Source of the DNA: Utricularia gibba
Taxonomy: Eukaryota; Plantae; Magnoliophyta
Direction of reading: 5' to 3'
DNA length: 64,000 bases
Assembly (NCBI GenBank): GCA_002189035.1
Contig: NEEC01000011.1
Coordinates: 248,001-312,000 of the forward strand
Below the pieces are notes generated by a model. The model was not told where the DNA came from, did not search any database, and worked only from the letters and a program-made list of their open reading frames with translations. Positions 49,801-63,357 of the stretch are shown here, in pieces; position 1 is the first letter of the stretch, and each line of letters opens with the position of its first letter. Both the position numbers and the translations under genes were made by a program.

Positions 49801-51115
49801 CACAAGTGATCATCTTCCTTGGCCATTAATAGAATTGGTGATTCATCAGTTTGCTTAGATTCCATTTCTTGCACTCAGCAAGATTTTACTGATCCTATCT
49901 CTCTTGATAACACTCCCACGAATAATGTCCCATTCTATGACAATTGAAGCACTCAATGCTTGCCTTCTTCTTCTTATAATCATTTTCAGCAGCATTTCCT
50001 GAGTTGTTTTTGAAGGATCCTTGACCTCCACGGCCTCTCCAACTATTTCCTCTACCTCTGTTATGTGATGAAGATGAATTCTCATTTCCTTGATCATTAT
50101 TGGACAGATTAGAACATCCAGAACCCCCTTGCCACAGCCACGTCCTCTCCAATTTCCATGGGAATTGTGCTGCTTTTTCTCACCTCTTCCAACACCTGCA
50201 GCATTAAGGTGTAGCAGCTTAGTGGAAAAAGATTCATCATCATTTTTAAGTCTCTCTTCATATGCTTGTAATGATCCGGTTAACTCATCAACTGTCATTG
50301 TGGTTAAATCATTTGTTTCCTCAATGGAAACCACCACTAAGATGAAATTTTTATCTAATGAACCAAGGACTTTCTCCACAATCTGCCCTTCGGTGACCGT
50401 TTCACCGAAACCTTTCATTTGATTTGCAACACTTTGCACTCTAATGACATAGTCATTAACACTTTCACCAAGCTTTTGTTTCAAGCCTTCAAACTCAGCC
50501 CTTAGAGTTTGAAGTTTCACCCACTTCACCTTATCTGCGCCTTGGAATGCACCAGTCAGGGAGTCCCATGCATGCTTTAATGAAGTTGCCTCTGAAATAT
50601 TCTTAAAGTACTTCTCATTCAGTGCTTGATGAATAATTGACAAGTCTTTCTTGTCCCTTCTTTGAGTTGCAGCATCAGATGTGGGTGTAATGCCATTTTG
50701 CACTACTTCCCAAACTTCATAAGCACCAAATCTAGTTTGCATTCGGATTTTCCAATTGTCCAAATTCTCTTTTGACAACAATGGGATTGAGAATGACCCT
50801 AATCCTCCTAAGCCTCCATTGTTTGCCATCTTCCTTAAAGAACCTGTTCTGATACCACTTTGTTGTAGAGGAAGAACTCAGTAATACAGAAATTGTTCTA
50901 TTTTATTCATCAAAAGAGGTTTCCATCCTTACAAAGATTACAACGTATTTATTTTAGTACTAGGAACACAGACAAAGGCAAACAGTTTCTTAACCATAGC
51001 AGTTAACTAATCCTATCCAAACACAACATCTTGGTAACCGCATCAGGTTCTGATCTCCAGCGTCTTCTTCTATATTGATCAGCATCTCCTATTTATTCTC
51101 CAGATTACTTCTTCA
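46838..51115 (-). mobile_element. Decayed Ty1/copia element: 5' LTR 50861-51115, iMet PBS, gag-pol, truncated 3' LTR 46838-46914
   Basis: PBS TGGTATCAGAAC (50857-50846); gag MANNGG...LSKENLDNWKIRM, CFNCHRMGHYSWEC, WYLDTGATNHMCG, LELIHSDICGPI, RT and RNase H (IDNKSAIALGKN.AFHQRSKHI); frameshifts and stops. Confidence 0.92.
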
Positions 51116-53118
51116 TCCAGCAATCTTTTCTAGATTGAATGAGTGAAATCCATAAAAAATAGACATGAGCAAAAGAGTTTAGCATTTGAACATGCTACTT
51201 GAGTATATAAAACATCTTTGCTGTCTTTAACTTCTTTTTGAACTAACATTTTCTTATTAAAATATCTAGAGCATTGCTTGAGGACAACCAACATCTAAGT
51301 TGTGTTTATGGGATTTTCGAATTTTAAATGCTTTTTAAAAAGACTTTTGTAACATTAAACCATTTGTGATTGATTTTCAAAAACAATAAGAAGGCAAGTA
51401 ATTGGTAATCTAGAAAAAGAAGGAGTGAAGAACACAAAGAGTTGGTACATACTTAATTTTTCATTGCTTATATACCTTCCATAAGGTGGGAGACAAGGTA
51501 GTGGATATTTCTGACAACATCATCTAGTAGTGACGATATATTCTTCAATTTTGAAGAAAATTCTCTTATTGTCATCAAACTATGTGACGAAATGAAAACT
51601 TGGTGCTGCCAGCTTATTGGATGCAGAGATTTAGTCAAATGCTTGCGTTAAAATTTTTTTCTCACAATGACTTCTTTTTTTTATTCATCATAATAACTAT
51701 AATTTTTTTTTCTTTTGAAAAATACTTGTTGTTTTGAATGGATTATTGTAATACCTATTATTTTATTGTATTGAAATATATGATGTTATGCATCAAAATA
51801 CATTAATTTACCTCCAAGGCTATGAATTATTGTGGTCCAAAAAATATTAAAATGAATTAATTTTATTGACAAAGAAAAAATAATGATTAAAAAAATAAAA
51901 AAAATTGTAATATGTACCATGAATTGAGATTAATACTAAAGACTCATCTGCCTAAATATGATCATATTTCTATTCACTAGATACCAATAGAATAAAGAAC
52001 CCAAATTTTTAAAAACTTTATATTTCAATATGACAAAAATTATTCGAATTTAAAAACTCTTAATAGATCAAATATAATTAAACTCAATAAACGACTAAGC
52101 TAATATGCTACAAATTTTCCAATATTACAATTTCTATAATATATATATTTTTAATTCATTTTCATTAATAAACAAACAACAAATATAAAGTATAATTACA
52201 ATATTTAGTAATTTTTATAATTTTTTATGGATTAAATATAAAAAGTAAATTGAAAATATTTAAAATTTGTTTTCAGTTAAAATAACTAGATTTTAAATAA
52301 AAATATGTGTGTTTTTATTAATAATGAATTCATGTAAAAAGAATAGTAAAAATACAAGTATTTTAAAAAGAAAATGAAAAAGTACAGGTATTTTAATAAT
52401 AATAATAAAATAACAGGTAATTTGATAAAAAAATTTATGATACACGAATTTTGATAAAAGGGCCGGATCTAATACAAGTGAATAATAAATACCCATTGTC
52501 CTGGACAAGGTGTATTTACCCTACTTGATGTTCACATGCAATTGTTGGGCAAGGTTTAGCCTATCGACTTAATAACATGGATGATGCAGGCGGAACATCA
52601 ATAGGGGATTGAGGTTATATTTCCTTCTCCATAACACTAACCTCTTAAACCCCAATCAATTACTAGTTTTGGGTGCGGGTTCAATTTCACTACAAGAATG
52701 AAATTTTTTTTTGTTGATTGAAGGAAGGCACATTCAAATGGGAGTCAATCATTTATTAAATCAATCATTTATATTAATAACAATTTAATATCCTAAGGCA
52801 GTGTTTAGTTAGAGGTATAAGAGGGGATTAATTAATAAGTATTAGATATTACTGTGTTTGGTTTGCGGGTTTATCTATCCCGGGTTTATACACGGATTTG
52901 ATAAACCCTTGTGGGTGGGTTTATATAAAGTAGCCACCGCCCTTACTTTATCTATTCCCATCATGTGATTTAAGCAAATTAACCTTTTCTTCAACCTACA
53001 TACATCTTCTTTTTTTGTCATCTATTCTTCTGCGTTTTTTTTTCTACGTATGCGATTTGGGGAAAGCCGATTCTAGGGTTTGTAAAAGGTTCCATTTGGA
53101 CCAAAGATTTCGAGTGTA

Positions 53119-54410
53119 ATGGTGAGTGACGCCCATAAGAAGATGTTAATACTTCTTGTCGCTCAAGCAATTATCCTTCAGGTAACTATTTTTCGATTCA
53201 CTTGCTATTTGCATTGGAAAAGTTCACAAGCAGTGAAGAATCGAAATTATTCGCTTTTGGGTAGACGTGTGAAACAAGTTAATTATCTCTTCAATTTGGT
53301 TAGTGATGTTAGGGGGCAGCGTGTAATTTGCATCTAAGTCAGGATGTTTTTGGTCGATTATGTGTTTTGTTGCATCATTATTCTGGGTTGAAGAAATCTA
53401 GATGGATTTCCATTGAAGAAAAGATAGCACTTTTCCTTGGTGTTTTAGCTCACCACAAAAAGATTAGAACACAAAAGTTTGATTTTTTGCGCTCTACGGC
53501 TACTTGTAGCATTTATTTTAATGAAGTATTGAGATGTGTTCTTAAGTTGCATGATCAATTGTTAATTAAACCAAACCTTAGCAATGACAACAATGGCTTT
53601 CCAAATTTCAATCATTTCGAGGTATGTGCTCTTTTTCATTACATTTGGTAATATCAGCTATGTAATACTTTCTGTTTTTTTATAATTCAGAATTGTCTTG
53701 GTGCGTTACACGACACATACATTGATTTTACAGTAAAAACAGCTGATAAACCAAGATATCGGACGTAGAAAGGATCAATTTCAACCAATGTATTGGGAGT
53801 ATGTGACTACAATATGTGCTTCATATACTTACTCGCTAGATGGGAAGGCTCGGCAGTAAATGGCCGAGTTTTACGGGATGCTATGACCCGTATGAATCCT
53901 TTTCGTGTGCCTAGAGGTTAGTTTACTAAAATCCAACATTTTAAATAAGCCTAATACCTTATTATTTTAAAATGTTGTTTGTATACTTTGAAGGCTATTA
54001 CTACTTGGCGGATAATGGATATACAAATAGTGAAGGTATTTTAACTCCTTTCAGAGGTTTAAGGTACCACTTAAAAAATTGGGGTGAAGGTAATCAAATC
54101 CCACAAGATGAGAAGGAATACTTCAACATGCGACATGCTAAAGCTCGTAATGTGGTCGAAAAGACATGAGGTATTATGAAGAAACGATGGGGTGTGCTAC
54201 GATCCCCCTCTTTTTATCCTATCAAGACACAAATAAAGATGATAAATGCTTGTGCTTTGTTTCACAATTTCATTCGCCGAGAAATGAGTGTTGATCCATA
54301 TGAAGCCGACATTCCCGATGACTATTGTAACGTTGGTTCAAATGGACAAGGTGAAGGCTTGGAATTTGTAATAAACATGAAGAACACCAGTGAATGGAGT
54401 ACATTCTGAG
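53119..54410 (+). pseudogene. Harbinger DDE_Tnp_4 transposase pseudogene (introns ~53621-53690 and ~53918-53993)
   Basis: ISIEEKIALFL..LAHH, NCLGALHDTYI, WEGSAVNGRVL, YYLADNGY, YFNMRHAKARNVVEKT*GIMKKRWGVLR; premature stops. Confidence 0.88.
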
Positions 54411-55394
54411 ATGGTCTTGCATGTGTCATGTATCTTGAGTGGTTAGATAGGAGATAATTGTCTTATATTTTTAGGCCATTTACTATGATAGTGTATGTTT
54501 GGACATATTTGCTATAGATTGACATTGTTTTGTTAACTCAGATTTTATTCTAGTAGGTTGTTGGCTTTGTTTTCATATTGTTGGCTCTCTTTTTCATCTT
54601 GTGATGCTTTGTTGTGAACTTGGATACTGCACATGCCTTTGCTGTGAACTAAAAATAATTGGTTCCCCCCTCCTCGATTGTGCCAATTGAGGGCAATGAG
54701 TTTATCAAGGACTGTGGCAATAAACCTAGGGTATTCATCTCGCATATGTAGTTTTAAACGGCAATGAGTTTACCTGTGTTGCATGAGTAAAAGCTGCTTC
54801 TCATTAAACCTTGTCATGAGATAGTGTGATTCCATTTTTTTGTGTTTTTTTTTCTCATAAAAAACTATGGCAATCCACGTGGTTGTGCACAAAAGCATCC
54901 ATGTGCTCGTGTTGTCGACATTGAAGGGGCTTGGAGCGAGGGTGCAAGTAGTGCAATTGAATGCACATGAGATGGCATCATCAGAAAAAAAAAAAGCAAA
55001 GCATTAGTTTGTCTTCACCAATGTTTCAAACGAACGTTATGATCAAAGTGATCATAAAAAAAAAGATGCAATATTTTGGCACTCTAAACTAGGAGGAAAA
55101 TGGCAATAAAAATTGCTTAGAATGGAACCCAATATCTGTACATGTAACTGCACGTCTGGGGAGTTGTGGTGGTGGCAGGCTGGGGGGCTGAAGTCAGCAT
55201 TGCTAGACTAGCAGTCGGTGGTGCATAAACATATTGTTACAATTTTTTAATCACAATAGAGCAAAATCAATCCAAAATAACAACATAATTTTATAAAATG
55301 AATTACACCAATGTATCAGCAACTACCAAATAGCATTAACAAAACGAGGTAACAAAATGTCAACAAGGCAACATACAACAACTTCAATTCAAAA

Positions 55395-56370
55395 TCAAAG
55401 GAGGTTTGATACCCACTGAAGCCTTTCAGCAACATCCATAGCAAGGAAAGCTCGCATCTTACGTGGATTGTTGACGACCACATAAGAGACGGTCATAAAC
55501 TCAGTAGGGATCCTACTAATAGGCATTTTCCTGATCTCTGCAGCAGCCCGTTCTTGACAATCAGTATCCACTGCTATTTTGACCCCTAACTCCATCAAAC
55601 CAGCATTGGTTTCTCTTGACATCTCACGAAGCTCAGCAACGAATTCCGAATCATCATATGCCATTCTTCTGCACTTGATAGCCTTCTTAGATCACATTTC
55701 ATCACTGCATGGAGATTGATCATCAACAAATGCACTGGACTCACCTAAGGATGGAGGCACTTGTGATTGTGAGAATTCACAAGATCCTCCTTCTTCTTGG
55801 ACTGCTTGTCCACCTTCAGCACCATCACTAGGATCTTCATTAATTGGAATCGTCTCCTCTCCAGTAGATCAATCCTTTCCAAAAATCTCTAGCCATTCAT
55901 CATAAAATGGAAATTGTTTATATCTAACAGCTTTATATATTCGTGGTGATTGCTGCATAGAGTAACAAAATGTTAACTTTGGAAACACAATGAACCTCCT
56001 AGTTTTGTAAATACAATCCTCAAAATGAACCTGCTGCAATTCTGCCCAGAAATCATTAGTGCCATCAACCATCTTTGTTGTGGGATTAAAACCCGTTCCA
56101 GAACGAGATAATATTTCCACTAATCTATAATACTCTCGTTTCCAAGTTTTAAGCTTTAATTCGATATGTGGTGTAGCCTTTAGCAAACTTCCTAGTAGCC
56201 GTTCTTTGAGAAAATTCTCCAAAGCTCCATGAATCCCTGGTTTAAAGTCATTTTCGCTCCTCCATCCACTAGCCACGAGTTTTTGTAACCCAACTATCAA
56301 GCTACGTTCTTCATATGGCAGCCAATTGCGTTTTGTTTTCTTCGATCCATTTCTCCTAAAAAAAAATATC
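55395..56370 (-). pseudogene. Harbinger Myb/SANT-like DNA-binding protein (ORF2), decayed
   Basis: KRNWLPYEERSLIVGLQKLV..GW...DFKPG...LKA.PHIE.KLKTWKREY...EILSRSGTGFNPTTKMV...FW; FPFYDEWLEIFGKD*; acidic C-terminal part. Confidence 0.85.
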
Positions 56371-57428
56371 AACTACATAAAATCATGTTTAAATCACAAT
56401 AGCATCACTTATGTGTTCGCTCGAATAGGAATATCCTTCAAAGCAGCCATAGAGACGCCAATGGATTGAAGAAGTGGGTAATGAATTGAAGAAGCGAGTG
56501 GCCATAGGCAGTATTTTGAGGAAAAAAGAGCCCTAAATTCTTGAGGGACATTTAAGTAAATTATCCTTTTTTTTAACCTCATATGTTTTAATACTGGTAA
56601 CTGAACGCAACATACCGTAATCCCTTGCCAACTAACCAAACACACTCACAAATTATATCTCACCCCATCCTACTTTATCTAACCCTCATTAATATAAACC
56701 CACCTCACCATACTCCTACCAACTAAACGCTGCCTAAGGGTTTAAGTGTCATGATTTACCTATTGATCCCGTTTTGGATTTTGACATGCCGTTTTGTCTT
56801 CCATCCCTGAAAAAGAGGGAAAATTATATGGGTGTCTCCTTTTGCTCCCTTTTTTAATTCTTAGATTCTCTGCATAAACTTACATGTTTCCAACCAATGA
56901 TTTTCTCCAATTTCATCTATCAAAGCCTAAGGTACTTTTCCAATTCTTCATTTATCTCAATGCACACTAACTACAAGGAGCTCTATGACACTTTCATGAT
57001 TCTAGCTAGTGTTAGATTACGGATAGGTTGCACTAATGCTATTGTTTGGGAACATGCGATTCAAGCAATGCTCCCATTATGGACCCTCAAACATCTTTAG
57101 TGTATTGATGTGCTTAAGTTCCATGTTTGTGCAATTGGATGAAAAGATGGGCTACCTTGTGAAGAAAAAAAACAAGGAGTAGATGGCTCTAAGAAAGGTC
57201 CAAGGAGTCACTCAAGCAAAATACATTGTAGGAATAGCCCAAAAAGACAATCATTAGCATAGATTCTATTTTTCTACATCGTAGGATACATGATTCCAAT
57301 TTAGTAAACTCATGCAGAAGCAACAATTGGGAGGGGAATGATTAAAGACCTGAGGCGGCCATTAGCCACCTATAAGCTTGATAGCATATGTACGAAAAGG
57401 TCATTAGAGAGCCAACATGATTTCACCT

Positions 57429-57748
57429 AGGAGAACATTGAGATAAAACAAAATCCCTCATATAATGGGGAATACTCATGATGATCCAGAAAAAAATTTG
57501 ATTAAAAGCCTCTCACATTGTAGGGGATACTTTTGAAGACATATGAGAACACCGAATTATAAACCCCTTATGCAATGAGGATATCCTGAAGGACCAAGAG
57601 AACATTCAAATAAAAAAAACCTCAAACAATGAGGGATACTCTTGAAGACATAGAAGAGTATTCAACTAAAAAAAACCCTTACATAATGGGGAGGCACTCT
57701 TAAAGAACAAGGAAAATATTTGAATGAAAAACTCTTCACATAGTGAGA
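57429..57748. repeat. Imperfect tandem array, about 6 units of about 56 bp, within decayed retroelement-like sequence
   Basis: Recurrent AGAGAACATT...AAAAA(C)CC.T.A.ATAATG(A/G)GGGATACTCTTGAAGAC; unit starts ~57429, 57488, 57543, 57597, 57652, 57710. Confidence 0.65.
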
Positions 57749-58390
57749 AAAAACAAAAACCATCACCCAATTGGGTCATGCTTGAGACATATTCGAGAGA
57801 ACAACCAATAAAAATCCCCTAATCTAAATGGAGGATATCTTCGACATCTCTTATTAGTTACACCTTCATGTGGAGAACGCATATTACTTTGCCTAAGAAG
57901 AGTGCCTTTCATTCATTGTTTAGCTTGAGAGTGGTGAACCTCTTATTTTGCATGCAGAAGTGCAACCAAATGACCTAACTCGTGCAAATGTATATAGTCC
58001 AAAGGTTTAAAATAAAAGTAAATATTTGGGCCTTACCTAAGAAAAGGTATGAGGATGTTGAACAACATCCTTTGCATACAATAGAACACCAAGAAATTGA
58101 ACTTCATTTTCATTATTAGGCAAGTGTTTGCCTAATAACTCTCTAAAGATCATTTTAGGCCAAAAGAGCTTAGGTTGCAGCCATAATAAAATTGTCAACA
58201 AATAGTATTCTCGTAGAGTTGTGCCCATGATTGGGTAGAGGGCCTATAAAAGCTCTCATCATGAGATGTTGAATTTTTGGTTGGATAAGGCTTAAAAAAG
58301 TATATATACTCAAAGAAGACATGAATAGCATAGTGCTTGATAAGAATTTTTTTATGAACAAAAGACTCAGTATGTAGTGCCAAAGAAGAT

Positions 58391-59489
58391 TGATAAACGA
58401 AAATTTATGCACGTCTTTAAGAATGCAAATTTATACATTAAATAAAATTTATAATCCTAATTCACATATAATCATATGAAAAATATGAGCATAGTAGATA
58501 AGAGTCGAACACAAAAAGCTATGTACTTGTTATGTGAAGGTTGGTACATACTGTTTTTTTATCATGGTTAGAAATCAAATCTAAACTAAGAGTAAAGTAG
58601 GTTTGCGATAAAATGCAGTAAGAAATAATAGGCAGATTCAACTACTAACTAAAATAAAGTAATGCAATACCTTGAGGCTTCTAGAAGTGTCATGATCATT
58701 ACTACATTTAAACACCCAACTTGATAATAATTCATCTAACAATACAAGAATTCAAGTCTATCTAAACCTTTGACTTTCCTAACTTTTGGTTTACCTTTAG
58801 TGAGGTTTTTTATGATGAACATAACTACTTCCCCCCCCTTGAGTCTACCCTGGTTTGATAAGGAAATTGGTCTGATTATCGAGCTAATATAATCTAGCAA
58901 GCAATAATCATGTACACCCCCTTCTACCCCAAGGCATTATGTGTATTTAGTTACTCATATTGAAGGTAAATAAAACTAAAACATAAAATGTCGCAGGCTA
59001 CTCCTAGCAAAGAGTAATATTCTTGAAAAACAAAAAGAAATCTGAGACGTAAGTTTCCTTGGGTTGTCTTCTTCATTTTTCCTCTAAGTTTTTTCCCCTC
59101 CCCCCCCCCCCTCCCCCAGATCTCTTCTCTAGAATTCTATGACGTGTTGTTCTAGGTGGTAGAGATACTTTCCTCCTTATCATTCCAAAAATCCTCTTTT
59201 TTCTTCACCTTAGGATTTGATATACTTCATTTAGCTTTTGTCCCTATCTTCTACAAATTTACTGTTCTCTTTCGGCTCCTTCAAATTTGGGTTATTGACA
59301 TACGCTGCATTGCTTAGGGAACAATCAGAACTAAGTTTATGACTAAATCAATTTAGTCCTAACTAGGAATGAAAGACGCAAACGGTGGTACTAGTCACGA
59401 AAACATAGAAATATACACTAAAATCTGAGTTTTGTAGCAAAATATTAGTCATTTTCTTATCGTTAAACACTAAAAAATATGTGTTATCA
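58391..59489 (-). mobile_element. Athila-like solo LTR, 1099 bp
   Basis: Termini TGATAAACG...TGTGTTATCA; perfect TSD AAGAT (58386-58390, 59490-59494); homologous to 18057-19216. Confidence 0.88.
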
Positions 59490-60915
59490 AAGATATTATT
59501 TAAGAGGAGAAAACTTGAATACATAGTGCCCAAGTCATTCAACACTTAGCAAAAGCATCTTGAGACCATTGTAGACCTTCAACACTTACCAAAGGTCTCT
59601 CTTCTACAACTTCATCAAATAAAACTTGCCACTTATCAATGGAAAAGTTTGTCTCTTTCCAACTCTCTTTTTATCGCTAGTGAATTCTACTCTCTAGGGT
59701 GAGCAAAAGCACCCTCAATTTTCTCACTTTCTGGGTCTTCAATATTCTATTGTACCATTCTTTCCAGAAAAACTTACCATCATCACAAAACACATCAATT
59801 TTGACATATTGTAAAAATTTTTTTTCCATCCACAAGATGCGACTTTCCCTAGACACCACCACCATCAAAGACATAAATACCTTTCTTACAAAGCCTTAAA
59901 AGTGAGGTTGTTGATTTTGTCACATCCCTTGATTGTTTCTTTTTTGTGACCTTGCGTGTACATTGTTCTTGCCCAATAGTAGGGCATTTTCCTGTCTTTG
60001 GATCATGTTCTAGATCTATATGATCTTCATATGATGCCTATTTATGGGTCTGAAGAATCAGGGTATAACACAAAAAAACACATCTTCAACGATGTTCTTG
60101 AGAATCATGAGTGCTCTTTGGCCAAACCAACCACTAATTGGTGCTCATGATGGAAATGTTGGTTCTGATATTTCCTCACTGATGCTATAGAACTCAATAT
60201 CTCAAAAGCACCAAGTTGAAATCAATGCTTTTTTTTATGGAACATCAAAACTTTCCTCTATTGATGCCCAAGAAGGCCACATCTCTAGCTTGTTGCCTTC
60301 AAAGTGACACAAGATTGCAATCTATCCTAATTTTTGGCATTGGAAATATTTATTCAAAGTTTAATTCATCTTGGTTATTGGAGAATCCAAAATCCATGGA
60401 TACATAGAAGTTCAAGAGCATTGTTCTTAATCGGGGATCTTTAGAGTCCTCAATATCTCATCGGACAAAAGTAAGGTAATCCATATCTTATTTTCAATGC
60501 CTGAGATTTAAACTATTTTGGAGTTCTCCCTAACAAATATGCTTGTTGAGAATGTATGTTAGTAGGAGAAAACAATCCTGGCAAAAGACCGATAGAGAGG
60601 AAAGCCAAGTCAATCATGGACATAGCATGTGGAGCATTTTAAGAACTTGGATTGAAAAAAAATGTAAAAAAAGAAATGAAATGGGAAGCAACTATTGAGG
60701 AAGAACAAGCATAGGAAAATATCAATTGGGATATGCCATGTGGTTTGAAAAGGAGAATATAGATGGCTCATTATTATAAATTAAAGACAAGCTTTAGTGA
60801 GGTTAGAAAGAGAATAAATGTGAAGGAAATATTGGAGATCAAGCTGGAGCATTGACACCTAGGTATGAACAGAAGAAGTCATTGCTTGCAATGGATGAAG
60901 ATCTATAACCGTCAT

Positions 60916-62314
60916 TGATAAACGGTTATTTCCTAATATCGTTGCAAATAAAAATAGAAAATCCGTATCAAATAAATTTATAATCCCTAATCTATACAAA
61001 ATACAAATTTAGAAAACTTGTATAGTGGATATCGGGGTCGATCACAAAGAGATGGTGCTTGCCAAGTGTTTTAGTGAGTGCATAATTCGGGATAACAGGA
61101 AGTCTTAGTCTAAGCTTGGACTAACAGTGGTAAACGAGTTCAGTAAACAAGGTAGGTAAGCAATATCAGGTTTCTACGCTAAGGTAACAGGTACTGGTTT
61201 TGACTCAGACTAATATGAGGACGCCTTAGGGACCTACGGGTGGTGCCATACTAAGGTTCCTAACTTCATTTGCTATCTTCCTACACTCACAACTTCGAAT
61301 AACCTAGGTCTACCCAAGTCATTCATCATATTTTTGGCTTAAGCTAGTCCCCAATATCATAACCAACATTGCAATTAGGTCTACCCGCATGCAAGGTATA
61401 TAGAACTAGGTCTACTTGGTTCTACTGGTTCTACCCTGGACTAACACCGACTGCTCCCGTCTTAGTTTGTTGGTCTACCTCTAAACCAAGCTTCTAAGTT
61501 GTGAAACTACTTGTTTCCCTCCTTAGGTCTACCCATGGTTTGTTAGAAACAAGAGTTAAGGAATACACATAAATTTCATCATTAACCCTAAGCACACACC
61601 ACACCTCTTCACCTTAAGGCATTCCTAAGACTCTAGCCACTCATGCTTTGGAAATAAAATACGATTTCATTCACATAAGCTAGCCAAAATGGCAGAAACA
61701 TTGTAACAAGTCAAATTCAGAAACTTGAAATGTTCAGAAAAACGGAAAGCAAATAGATAATGTTTTTCCACCCGCTATCTACTATTCACAGCCTGGAACA
61801 GTAGCGCTGGACTGGGCTCCGGTGCTGCTCTTGATGATGGAGGCCTCCCTTCCCCCTTCTAGTTGGTGTTTTTCCCGTTATGGAAGAAGACCCCCTTTGC
61901 GTCCCCCTCGCTCTTTGCTTCTTTACGCTCTCCTTCTTTTTTCAAATTCATTTCCTTTTCTTTTGCTTCACTCCATTGTATTGTTTCTGACTGCCAGTAC
62001 TGTTCCTATTCTGAACTTGCAGACTGGGGTGGCAGCAGAACAGTGCTTTTTGTCCTTCTCCGGATTTTGCGCCCTTCTTCACTTGTTCCATACGTTTGCA
62101 TGTCTGATTTTCTGCTGATCTCCCGCTAAACTTACTAAAACATTAGTAACAAAAGTTGTGGACTAAATCAAAGGATTTAGTCCACTTTTTAGCATAATCA
62201 CACAAAATTAACATAAACACCACTAAAACATTAAAAACCATATTTATCTAACTCAAACCATAATAAAATATAGCTATTTTATGTTATAAATTTCAGGAAA
62301 AATGTGTGCTATCA
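60916..62314 (-). mobile_element. Athila-like solo LTR, 1399 bp
   Basis: Termini TGATAAACGG...TGTGCTATCA; perfect TSD GTCAT (60911-60915, 62315-62319). Confidence 0.9.
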
Positions 62315-62319
62315 GTCAT

Positions 62320-63357
62320 CTTTAAGTGGAATAAGTTTCATGAAGAAACTATTCTATCATTTATGCTGAAATGTTATGTGGTTGAGTATAAATAGGTGAT
62401 CATCTCATTGTAAAGTTTGGAACATCATTTCCTGTAAAACAAGTTCATCACAATTGACGCACTGTGTGAAGTTGGGTTAAAACTGAGTTCAAATGATCCC
62501 TCTGCAAGAGTGAATGTGACTGAATATAAGAGCTTGGTAGGTTCTTTATGCTACATTATGAGCACCAGAACTGATATCTTGTTTGTAGTGGGCTTAGTTT
62601 GCAGTTTCATGGAGCAATAGAGAGAAATCCACCTCAAAGCTGCTAAAAGAATTCTACGATATTTAAAGGGGACAGTTGATGTTGGAGTGTGGTATAAAAG
62701 GGCTGATTCATTTGATCTTATAGGCTATAGTGATAGTGATTGGGCAGGCAATATTGATGATTCAAAGATTACCATGAGATTTACATTCATGCTTGGTGAA
62801 TCTACGATTGTGTGTAGCTCTAAAAAAAACAACACATTGTGACTCCATCCTCATGTGAGGTAGAATATGTGGCTGCGAATTCTATTGTTTCTCATGCTCT
62901 TTAGTTAATCTTCATGCCGGAGACTCTCAAGTTTCACATGAAAGAGCCAATCAAAATTGGCATAGGTAGCAAGTCAGCAATTGCTCTCAGAAAGAACCCA
63001 GCATTTCATCAAAGAAGTAAACACATCAGTATAAGGTTCCACTTCATCCGAGAATGTGTGAAGGATCAACGTGTGGAGCTGTTCTTTGTCAAGACAGAAG
63101 ATAGCGTTGCTGATGTATTCACAAAACCTTTGAAAGCACAGTCTTTCATTTGGTTTCACAATGTGCTTGGAGTGAAGAAGTGTCCAGCTTAGGGGGGAGT
63201 ATTTGAGATTGTTAAGTATCATTTTCTTACTATGTTTTAGGTTATTTTTATGCCTAAATGTGATTAAAGTTGTTTAGATAGGAGTCTATAATATAAGATT
63301 TAGGTTTTTATCTAGATTAGAGTAATTATTCTAAATCTTGTATTTTAACTAATGTTT
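62320..63357 (+). mobile_element. Ty1/copia 3' fragment (RT end, RNase H, PPT, start of 3' LTR)
   Basis: GYSDSDWAG, KSAIALRKNPAFHQRSKHISIRFHFIRECV...ADVFTKPL; PPT AGGGGGGAG 63191-63199; similar to the RNase H of the 46838-51115 element. Confidence 0.85.

Larger units (their letters stand above)
52797..56734. mobile_element. Structurally complete PIF/Harbinger transposon, 3938 bp, with convergent transposase and Myb/SANT-like genes
   Basis: TIRs GGCAGTGTTTAGTTAG versus reverse complement GGCAGCGTTTAGTTGG (14/16); TAA TSD at 52794-52796 and 56735-56737. Confidence 0.93.

Noticed and set aside
57429-57748. Regularly spaced repeats as a possible CRISPR-like array
   Set aside because: Units are degenerate throughout, with no identical repeat/unique spacer pattern and no cas genes; eukaryotic context
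59096-59118. Long poly-C tract in a solo LTR
   Set aside because: Homopolymer typical of LTR interiors and prone to sequencing error; no independent evidence of function
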